Source of the DNA: Candidatus Thorarchaeota archaeon
GTDB lineage: Archaea > Asgardarchaeota > Thorarchaeia > Thorarchaeales > Thorarchaeaceae
Direction: 5' to 3'
Assembly (NCBI GenBank): GCA_048882045.1
Contig: JBHLRZ010000010.1
Coordinates: 13,939-77,938 of the forward strand
DNA length: 64,000 bases
How positions within the stretch are numbered: the first letter of the stretch is position 1; every line of letters starts with the position of its first letter. The position numbers were made by a program, and so were the translations under genes. Positions 1-8,800 of the stretch are shown here, piece by piece. The notes under the pieces are model-generated. The model was not told the origin of the DNA. It saw only the letters and a list, made by a program, of their open reading frames with translations, and ran no database searches.

Positions 1-169
1 ACTATCAGGAAACGATTTAGTTATCACATGATAACTGGTGGGTGATAGATTTAGTAAGTTCAGAATATAAGTCACTACAGGCAACATTGTATAGTCATTT
101 TTCGATATATTAAAGAAATAATATGCGAATCTAGCCCGATAAAGCAATCTCAGCTTGAGGATTTCTAGA

Positions 170-256
170 CATCTTTCTCAGGGGAGTTATCACTGGGGGT
201 GTTTATATTCAAGTTCAGCTAAGGAGTTGGAGAGTCAGGTTCGAGTCAGGTGGAGG
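170..256 (+). repeat. Element A copy 1: 87-bp promoter/leader repeat (TTTATATT box plus GGTGGAGG RBS)
   Basis: 78/87 identical by manual alignment to the reverse complement of 52151-52237; similarity ends exactly at the RBS. Confidence 0.9.
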
Positions 257-264
257 AAGATATA

Positions 265-1551
265 ATGAGAAGACTGATGCTGGGTCTACTTACTATCTTT
301 ATCTTACTCCTTAGTTCCACTACCCAACTTTCCTCCCTCGTTTCAGTACTACCTCATAGAGAACCAAACAGTTTCAAACTGTCACAAAGTACAGAGCGAA
401 CAGAGCACAATCCAATCAATATCACTGATGATAGTCATTTCTTTGAAATGGGATTCAGTGGTTCTGGAACTGATGAAGATCCCTATGTTATTGATGATTT
501 AATAATAGTAAATGAAGACTATTGCATTCGTATAGCTGAAACAAATTCTTTCTTTGAAATTCGGAATTGCTTTCTAACTTGTCATAACGGTTTTGCAATC
601 AAGCTTGAGAATGTATCCCATTGCATAATTGACGATTGTATAATCGAAGGGGGTGAGTTTGGCATCAGTCTAAGAAACTGTAGCTTCATAGAAATTGTTA
701 GTACTATAATAGCTGGCTCTCATTCTTCTGGTATATACGCAAATGGTTGTGACTACAACCTCTCAATATCTAGCAACAGAATATTCGGATGTGAAACTGG
801 CATCTTCGTCGAAAATACAGAAAATTGCATAATAAACATGAACAGAATCTATTACAATAGGTTTGGCATTCATCTTCTTGATGATACGAATAGCAATATG
901 ATTACTCAAAACTCACTCGGATGGAACAATAATTCAGGTAACCGTTTTGGTGATAATATTGATGGTGGAAATGTAGTTGATTCTGGTTCCGATAACTATT
1001 GGGATGGAAATAGTTGGAGCGATTACAATTCTGTGGATGCTTGGTATGAAATTGGGGGAGGTTCAAATCCCCAGGACTATCCACGGGATCTTAATCCATC
1101 ATTACTACTCGATCTATCTTCACCAGTAATCACAATTTCAGATATTGATAGGGTTATCGAGGGTGACTCTATTGCTTTCCTTAGCTGGAGAATTATTGAA
1201 GAATTCCCTGCGTCATTTGAGTTGTATAGGAATACCATCGCTATCGATGAGGGGTACCTGACCACAGATATTCTTGTACAACCTCTTGGATTATTGAGTT
1301 ATGGAACACATAACTTTACGATAATAATCAGAGATGCTGTAGGGAATATTGAAACTCTTGAACATGATATTAGAGTGGTTTCGCCAGTTGTGGAGATATT
1401 CCTCATACTTAGTTTGGGAGTCTGTATTTGTGTATTCACGATTTTGCCTTTGGATTATCTCCTAAGGATTAGAAAGAGAAAGATGATCGATGAGCTTGAA
1501 TCTGATGAACCAGAGGATTCGATATTGGAACCCTCCCAGTTGCTCGAGTAA
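265..1551 (+). CDS. Membrane-anchored surface protein with right-handed beta-helix (NosD/pectin-lyase-like) repeats and an Ig-like domain
   Basis: Signal peptide; HNPINITDD..GSGTDEDPYVI motif; G-I-x-L-x-N repeats; C-terminal TM and charged tail; ATG at 265 follows GGAGG (ORF track starts at GTG 250). Confidence 0.8.
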   Translation: MRRLMLGLLTIFILLLSSTTQLSSLVSVLPHREPNSFKLSQSTERTEHNPINITDDSHFFEMGFSGSGTDEDPYVIDDLIIVNEDYCIRIAETNSFFEIRNCFLTCHNGFAIKLENVSHCIIDDCIIEGGEFGISLRNCSFIEIVSTIIAGSHSSGIYANGCDYNLSISSNRIFGCETGIFVENTENCIINMNRIYYNRFGIHLLDDTNSNMITQNSLGWNNNSGNRFGDNIDGGNVVDSGSDNYWDGNSWSDYNSVDAWYEIGGGSNPQDYPRDLNPSLLLDLSSPVITISDIDRVIEGDSIAFLSWRIIEEFPASFELYRNTIAIDEGYLTTDILVQPLGLLSYGTHNFTIIIRDAVGNIETLEHDIRVVSPVVEIFLILSLGVCICVFTILPLDYLLRIRKRKMIDELESDEPEDSILEPSQLLE

Positions 1552-1559
1552 TCAGAGTT

Positions 1560-1604
1560 CTGGGGGTTTTTATATTCGAGATATGCTAAGGAGTTGGAAG
1601 GTCA
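1560..1604 (+). repeat. Element A partial copy (TATA-containing core)
   Basis: 38/45 identical to 193-237 and 40/45 to the 52-kb copy. Confidence 0.8.
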
Positions 1605-1628
1605 TCGAGTTCCAGGTCACATCAAATG

Positions 1629-1777
1629 GCCAGCTTCATAGTGACCCTGCGCTCTGTCCGTGAGCTGGATACTTTCTGGAGTCACGACTGATGAAAAGGC
1701 TTCTCAAGAAGGAGGAGAACACCTCAAGGCAACTGGATGCGATGAGAGAGGTTCAGGGGAAGTTTGTGTTTACCTAA
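1629..1777 (+). pseudogene. Frameshifted copy of small gene B (homolog of 54306-54485)
   Basis: Translates as ASFIVTLRSVRELD / FLESRLMKRLLKKEENTSRQLDAMREVQGKFVFT*, with a 1-nt deletion at about 1670; 5' end degraded. Confidence 0.85.
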
Positions 1778-1799
1778 ATTAGTGACAACAAATGAGGAT

Positions 1800-1817
1800 G
1801 AGGGCTCGAAAGCCCTC
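1800..1817 (-). terminator. Hairpin terminator candidate
   Basis: GAGGGCT-TTCG-AGCCCTC (UUCG loop) 11 nt after the stop at 1829, followed by a pyrimidine-rich tail. Confidence 0.6.
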
Positions 1818-1828
1818 TCCTTTGATTA

Positions 1829-3310
1829 TTAGTAACAAAGCAAATCCATTAGCTCTCTCTTATGTTCCATTGCTGCTGCAATAGCTTGACCAGGCGAATT
1901 ACCCTGCATGTTATTGACGCCGACAAAGACGTTTGTTGTGATACCAAACCAGTAGGTGTTCTCATCGAACACATCATGTCCTCCAATGACCATGCACTCA
2001 CTGGTTCCGATGCCAAAGTAAATGTCAGCCAGATATGAATCAAAGCCTGCAAGATTGTTCCCAATCAACAAACAGCGAGTCGATGTCACATCACTAATTC
2101 CCCAATCAGCAGCTCCCGTGAGGTAGATTGCAGCTAATCCTTCACCCCTGAAAATGTTGTAAGCAATAACTGCATCATCTATACTGCATCCAAAGATCGG
2201 ACCCCATGGTGCGATATGAGTTTCAGAAATGATGAGATTCTGCTGGATTACAGGCTTTATGGTTGACTCACCATACCATGCATTCCAATAATCCCATAGC
2301 TCGATTCCAGCCCAATCGGTAGCATAAGCTGATGGTTGACGAAATGTATTATGATGAATGAGCAAGGTTGATGGGCTTACATTCGGCACTGGATAGAAAC
2401 GACCTGCTTGTCTGAACCAGACACCACTATTGTCGTATGTTTCACAATAACTGACCTCGATATTGGTATTAGCCACATCCATTATTGCTACAGCTTGAAA
2501 ATCAGCACCATTATACGCGTTATAATTGTCAAAACCTTTGACAAAGACATTCTTGGATTGTGGACTTCCACCGATTGTCACGGTCGAGTCCAAATAACCA
2601 CCTACAAAAATGCTCTCCCAATCATGGTCCTCGAAGATACAACCACTCACTGTGAGTGTTGAATCTCTGAAGTATTCAATATCTATACCCCATAAACTAT
2701 TGGACCGATACTGAGGATGTTCTCCTCCAGTAAAGCGCATGTTTTCAAAAGATACGTCTACGTAGCTGTGTTTTCCCTCATTCACCCAGTAACCTGTAAA
2801 TACATTAATCAAGCCTCCGAACTGGGTTGTAAGGGCTCCATGGTTCCAATAAGGTTCAGTTTCTCCGTATGCACGAAGTGACATGTCTGAAAACTTGACA
2901 TCCACTGGACTATTCGCATCTGCTCCTGCATAAAGATAACCAAAATCAAATAAAGCTGCCCAGCCATCGACAGTCCCAAACGGGGCATCTCCACGACTAC
3001 GAACCAAAGTCTGATCCATTCCTGCTCCTTTGAAGGTACCGACAAAGTCAGCTACAAAAATATCATGACTAATGAAATAAGTCCCCTCAATCAGTTGAAC
3101 TGTGCTCTCTATCCCTGATGCTGCAGCTGTATCAAAGGCAAGCTGCAAGTTTTCCGTATCATCTACGTCCGTTGGCAACACTGTGTAAGTATGAGTGCTA
3201 GGGTCATAGATGACATACTCGTTTCCATTCGCACTCACTATTCCTGGTAATGCCAATATCAGACATAATCCAACAACTATGGCAAGTGCTCTAAGTCTAT
3301 TTTTCCTCAA
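1829..3310 (-). CDS. Secreted beta-helix (pectin-lyase-like) protein
   Basis: Signal peptide; DDTENLQLAFD..VQLIEGTY..FKGAG N-cap motif; TTG at 3310 follows AGGAGGAG. Confidence 0.7.
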   Translation of the reverse strand: MRKNRLRALAIVVGLCLILALPGIVSANGNEYVIYDPSTHTYTVLPTDVDDTENLQLAFDTAAASGIESTVQLIEGTYFISHDIFVADFVGTFKGAGMDQTLVRSRGDAPFGTVDGWAALFDFGYLYAGADANSPVDVKFSDMSLRAYGETEPYWNHGALTTQFGGLINVFTGYWVNEGKHSYVDVSFENMRFTGGEHPQYRSNSLWGIDIEYFRDSTLTVSGCIFEDHDWESIFVGGYLDSTVTIGGSPQSKNVFVKGFDNYNAYNGADFQAVAIMDVANTNIEVSYCETYDNSGVWFRQAGRFYPVPNVSPSTLLIHHNTFRQPSAYATDWAGIELWDYWNAWYGESTIKPVIQQNLIISETHIAPWGPIFGCSIDDAVIAYNIFRGEGLAAIYLTGAADWGISDVTSTRCLLIGNNLAGFDSYLADIYFGIGTSECMVIGGHDVFDENTYWFGITTNVFVGVNNMQGNSPGQAIAAAMEHKRELMDLLCY

Positions 3311-3624
3311 ATTCTCTCCTCCTAAATCAGCGATGTTAATCACAAGAACAAGGGTTTCGATGTTCGAAAGACTGCGTATGGTCTAGAAACTCGGTGAAGA
3401 TTGATGATACCACTGACTTGTTTTCGTAATTGTGGGTCAGTGCACAGGATTGCTTTAAGGCTTCCATTAGTGAGCGTATGCACGAATGATTGCCAGACAG
3501 ATTTTCAATAGGAGTATTCAAGTGCAAAAACAGCACCTCAGTAGTAGGCGATGGAGGATACTATTACTCAGTTTCACGCAACAGTTTGTATGACTACTAA
3601 TCAGGTTTCATGTTGGATTCTATT

Positions 3625-3659
3625 AAAAAGAATAAGAGGAGCTGGTGTAGAACCAGCTC
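3625..3659 (-). terminator. Hairpin plus U-tract terminator
   Basis: GAGCTGGT-N5-ACCAGCTC followed by CTCTTATTCTTTTT, just after the stop at 3673. Confidence 0.65.
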
Positions 3660-3672
3660 ACTTTGCCAAAAT

Positions 3673-4338
3673 CTACTTCATGGATTGGACCCATTCATAG
3701 ACAGGTGAACACATCTCCTTCATGCGCTCCTTCTCGGGGTTCATGGGACCCGGTTTCCAGTCATCAGCGGGCTCAAAATGCCAGTCGGTGACGGTGCCCT
3801 GTCGCTCGTTCTTAGGTTTCCAGACCACTTTTACAGGCATGCCAAACTCTGCGTCCCATGGATCTAGACCTCTAAGCTCGTTTGCTATTGCAGTCTTGCA
3901 ACCATCAACGATGACATATGCCAGTACAAATGGAAGACGTTTCAATGAGGACTTTCCACTCCACCCGGCAATCGTGAAAGTATGAACAATGCCTTCCTCT
4001 TTGAGCATGACCCATTCCGTCTTTTCGAGGTTATCGTCAAGGTTCCAGCAGTTCACCCTTGGCGGGAAGAACTTGTCTCCACATTTGGGACATTTGGTTC
4101 CCCAGAACTCTCCATCAACAAAGCCTTTGCCAAGCTTTGAGACCTCTGCATACTTCCAGTAGTACAGCTGATCGTAGTGAAGATAGACCTTAAACTGCTC
4201 TTCTTTCGAATCCCAATCGTAGCCCATGAAACCAATACCAGTTTCCTTGACATCACCACGGAATTCATCCGAGTGCTTGTCATCCCACTCCACATCAGTA
4301 TGACCTGGGATCTTGTGCATGCGTTTGTCCTTCGTCAT
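3673..4338 (-). CDS. Zn-ribbon/OB-fold protein (DUF35 family), thiolase partner
   Basis: GTKCPKCGDKFFPPRVNC motif and OB fold (G.V.TFT..., GMPVKVVW); directly downstream of a thiolase. Confidence 0.9.
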   Translation of the reverse strand: MTKDKRMHKIPGHTDVEWDDKHSDEFRGDVKETGIGFMGYDWDSKEEQFKVYLHYDQLYYWKYAEVSKLGKGFVDGEFWGTKCPKCGDKFFPPRVNCWNLDDNLEKTEWVMLKEEGIVHTFTIAGWSGKSSLKRLPFVLAYVIVDGCKTAIANELRGLDPWDAEFGMPVKVVWKPKNERQGTVTDWHFEPADDWKPGPMNPEKERMKEMCSPVYEWVQSMK

Positions 4339-4339
4339 C

Positions 4340-5617
4340 TTATGGCCTCCTTAGAATGAAGTTCGAGATACTGGTTCCAGTTCCCGCGTGACTGTTGACA
4401 AGACCAGTGTTTGCATCCTTGACATAGGTCTTGGAGCTCAGGTGCTTCTTCGGTGCTTTGTCGTTGAGGTGATACGCACACTCGACAGCGGACATGATTC
4501 CAGTCGCTCCCACTGGGTGACCATAGCCCATCAAGCCACCGCCGATGTTAGTGGGGACCTCTCCATCAATGAAGGTCTGCTTGTCGCGGATGAACTCCCT
4601 CATGTTGTCTTTGTCGCACCAATAGAGTGCCTTGTAAATCTGCACTTCTGACGAGCTAAAGGCATCGTGAATCTCAGCCACATCAATCTCCTTGGCGGCG
4701 TTCTTGTACTCAATTCCAGCCATATCGTAGGCCATCTCGCCTGAGCGACGACATGCAGCAAACTCTGTCATGTCAGGGTAACCCTTTCCATATCGTTCGT
4801 TCCAACCTGGAAAGTCAATACGGTCTCCAGCCCTGATTGTGCAACTGCTAAGACCAGCGCCATCGATGACAACATAGTTGTCAGGAGCATGCTTCTTCGC
4901 CCACTCCTCAGTGGTGACCAGAGAGAAAGCTCCACCCCTGCTCATTAGACAACAATCCAATCGCTTCAATGGGTAACTTATCAGACGACTCTCCATGACA
5001 TCCTCCACTGAGAGTGTCTTTTTGTGGTATGGTGACTTTGGATTTGTAAAGTCACTTCTGTACCACTGACTCTTCTCGTTGTCAGCTGCATAATTCCTGT
5101 TCTTCATGGCAGCCATGGCAAAGTCTTCCTCTGTGAGACCGTTGTCTTTCATGAACTTGTACGCCATCGCAGCGTAGTAGATAGGATAGATACCTCCAGC
5201 AAGGGCTTCGTAACGTGTGTCAGAGGCAAGAGCAATGAACTCGCTACCCTGACTCTGAGTCACATTATCCATTGTTTCCCAGCCAGCTACGCCAACTACA
5301 TCGAACATGCCAGATTTGACAGCCATAAAGGCACCATAGAGAGCTGACCCCCCTGTGTTTCCTCCATTTTCAATTCGTATATGCGGTAGGCCGACTAGTC
5401 CCAGATGATCATGAACGATCCACTCCGGACAGAGCTGCTTACCAAAGTGCACTGAGAAGTGCGAATAGACCATAAACTCCAGGTCCCTCAATGTGAAGTC
5501 GGGAATATCTCCCTGTGTCTCCACAATAGCATTGGCAATCATTCCCTCTGGAGTGATATGCATGGGATAGTCGAATGGAGTGACCGCCCCACCAGCAAGG
5601 CACACTTTTCGACTCAT
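4340..5617 (-). CDS. Thiolase-superfamily protein (SCP2/archaeal type) lacking the N-terminal catalytic Cys
   Basis: EIHDAF, GGGL..GHPVGATG motifs; IENGGNTG where ENACASG is expected. Confidence 0.85.
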   Translation of the reverse strand: MSRKVCLAGGAVTPFDYPMHITPEGMIANAIVETQGDIPDFTLRDLEFMVYSHFSVHFGKQLCPEWIVHDHLGLVGLPHIRIENGGNTGGSALYGAFMAVKSGMFDVVGVAGWETMDNVTQSQGSEFIALASDTRYEALAGGIYPIYYAAMAYKFMKDNGLTEEDFAMAAMKNRNYAADNEKSQWYRSDFTNPKSPYHKKTLSVEDVMESRLISYPLKRLDCCLMSRGGAFSLVTTEEWAKKHAPDNYVVIDGAGLSSCTIRAGDRIDFPGWNERYGKGYPDMTEFAACRRSGEMAYDMAGIEYKNAAKEIDVAEIHDAFSSSEVQIYKALYWCDKDNMREFIRDKQTFIDGEVPTNIGGGLMGYGHPVGATGIMSAVECAYHLNDKAPKKHLSSKTYVKDANTGLVNSHAGTGTSISNFILRRP

Positions 5618-5813
5618 TTTATATCACTGAATCCTCTTTCACGCCCCCAAAATGGCGGCGATTCTGCGTCTTCACAAAAGTGGAGGGTACTTAACAGCTT
5701 CGGATAACCGCAACTTTAGACAAAATCTCAGTTCACACTCCCACTTTTTCGAAACGACACAGAGATAATAAAAAGTTAAAAGAAGCGTTCCCTGTCACTA
5801 ACTGGGTGGACTG

Positions 5814-8800
5814 ATGCGTGGGCAATGTAGCAAGTTCATTATCACTATTGTAATCATTACTATACTCTCAATTCCAATAAGAACTCCTTACAATCAAGTT
5901 GTCGAAGATATCGGCAACTCAAGTAAAACGCAACTTGCTGAAACTAGTTCGACTTGGCATGATGATTGTAGCTCAACGGTTGGATGGGCATCTCAGAGTG
6001 TATCCTCAGGATTTGATCCAAAGCATCCGATATTGGAATCGGGCACACTGACTACAAGTGGAGGATACCTTACTGTGAGTGGGATTGCTGATCCTGTCAC
6101 GGAGCGTAAGGGACCACTGTATATCAAGGAATTGAGTGATGACGTATCAATTAGCAATATTGAGTTATTCCAGGCAGAAGTCGAATTCACCTATTACAGT
6201 GACACATTCGGTTTCCTGTCAGTCTACCTTTTTGATGAGAACAAGCAGAAAGCAGTCATGCTTAGATTGCATGATGCATGGGCTGCAAGTGAGAGCCACC
6301 CTGAAAGCGTCTTTTTTGACCCAGGAGAGGTCGGAGATGGGACTGTTCACGATGAGATCCTCTTCGGTTCATGGACAGGATTCTTGCGATTTTGGTATGA
6401 TGGATCCACAGGAGATATAATTGGAGAGCTTGATGATGGGACACCAAATCAAGCAACACTGAAGACTTCAGGGACTTTTGATGCAGGGAGAAGAATCAAG
6501 TATGTTGGCATTCAATGGAGTCGACACCCAGGATTGGCCTATAATAGTGATGGCTATCGCCTTTTAGACATCCAACTGACATATGAGAAGACTCAGCCAG
6601 CATCTGATTGGTTGACAGGGTGGAACTACAGGAAATCCCTCGCTATCAATGGTTCTGCTGGTGCAGGTCCGGATTATCAAGTCAAGGTCCTTGTACAATA
6701 TGGTTCTGGAATAGATGGTCAAGAAGCTGTTTATTGTGATAATCTCTGCAATGTGGATTTCAGTGACATTCGCTTTACTGATGATGATGGCACCACAGAG
6801 CTTGCATTTTGGAGAGAATCATTCTATTCGGCTGATAATGCAACTTTTTGGGTCCGTGTATCGGATGATTTAAGCTTCTCCCAAATGATCTATCTCTACT
6901 TTGGAAACCCTGGTGTTGCTACTACTAGTGATGGTCAAGCAACATTCGATTTCTTTGATGATTTCGAAACTGGCTCTTTCGAAAGATGGGATTCAGTCAA
7001 CAGTTGGTCGATAAGCTCAACCTACGCAAGGACTGGAACATACGGTGCTTATGGTATCGGAGGAGTGACTCAACCCTTTCTGTTCCATAACATGTCCCAA
7101 ACCGGGAGTTTCCTAATTCATATTGATGCTCGCACATTTGACAACTTCAACACTTTTCCAGTGTTGCTAAGCTCTGATGAAGGAATATGTTACCCCTGTG
7201 CATTTGGTTGGACAAATGCACTCTATCACACTGGGTCTTTTCAGAACTGGCCCAGCAACAGTTCCCTTTCATACAACACTTGGTACAATCTCCAGATTGG
7301 TATTGATGTAGTTAACAGTAAGATGCATGGATGGAAAGATGGTGCATTTATGGGGGAGGTTATTTTCAGGTCTGACTCTGGCACCATACCCTCCAATATC
7401 ACTGGTTTCAGACCTGCTCCAGGAACACAAGCAACCAGATATCTCGCAGTCGATAATGTTTACATCCGGAAATGGATAGCAGATGAACCATCCTACGCCT
7501 CTTGGGGGGCACTGGAGTTTGAACCTCAGAATGGCTCGAATTGGTTGACTGGTTGGATGAATAGGAAATCGTATCAGATTCTTGGCACACCTGGTGCAGG
7601 AATGAACTATCAGATCCCAATCATTGTATACTTCGGTTCTGGCACAGATTCAACCAACAGCGTCTACTGTGATTCCAAGTGCCAACCAGATTTCGATGAT
7701 ATCAGGTTTACAAGAAGTGATGGTTATTCGCTTCTCGATTACTGGACCGAAAGTGTCTACGATTCGGATAATACTACCTTCTGGGTGGAAGTAAAAGACA
7801 ACCTCGATTTTAATACTACAATCTACATGTACTATGGAAATTCCGCCGCATCTACAATTAGCAATGGTACAGCGACATTCATCTTCTTTGATGATTTTGA
7901 AAGTGGGAACTTCAACAAATGGGATGATGCAGGAAGCGCCTGTTCTATTGAGTCATCTACTGTATTTTCTGGATCTTATTCAGCTTTACTACCAGGAGGA
8001 GGAAGTGAAAGACATCTCTGGAAAAACACCGACGCTCAATGGAGTACAACTACGTTCATGGTGCATGTTGCGGCGCGGTTAATAGATCCTGGCACTTATG
8101 CAGGATATCCAGTGTATTGGCAGGGATATAGCAATACAGATACATTACGATATGGGTACACAATATTTGGGAATTCTTTGTCCTGGTCATATGGAGATCA
8201 TACAGGGGGAAACATACCTTGGAGCTCAAACAACACATACTCCACAAACGTCTGGTACCAAATGGAAGGAGCAATTGATGTCATAGGGGACAAACACTAT
8301 GCCTGGAAGGATTCGTCCTTTATGGGAGAATCTCTCCTTGAACCCGATGGTCAGACTGAGCTAATGAATAACATAACAACCCTGCTTGTTGCAGGAGGCG
8401 CATTCACTGGAGGGGACCTTCTGATAGATGATTATTTCGTGAGAAAATGGATTGCTAGTGAACCAGTTCATGGACTATGGTCTGATTATGAATCGTGGTT
8501 GATGGGATGGAACTACAGAAAATCCCACGAAATTATTGGCTCGCTGGGAGCTGGTGAAAACTATCAGATGGAGATAGTCGTTCATTATGACCACGGACCA
8601 GATTCTGGAAGAGATGTATTTTGCGACCGGCGATGTCAATCTGACTTTGATGATATCAGGTTCACGGATAATGATGGTTATTCGCTACTCGACTATTGGA
8701 CCGAAAGCGTCTACGATTCGGACAATGCCACCTTCTGGGTGGAAGTAAAAGACAACCTTGATTTTGATACAACAATCTACATGTACTATGGGAACGCCAC

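Noticed and set aside
234-251. GGTTCGAGTC in element A resembles a tRNA T-loop (possible tRNA-derived att site)
   Set aside because: The T-stem cannot pair beyond one base pair; there is no acceptor stem or CCA; it is better read as a GTCAGGT direct repeat
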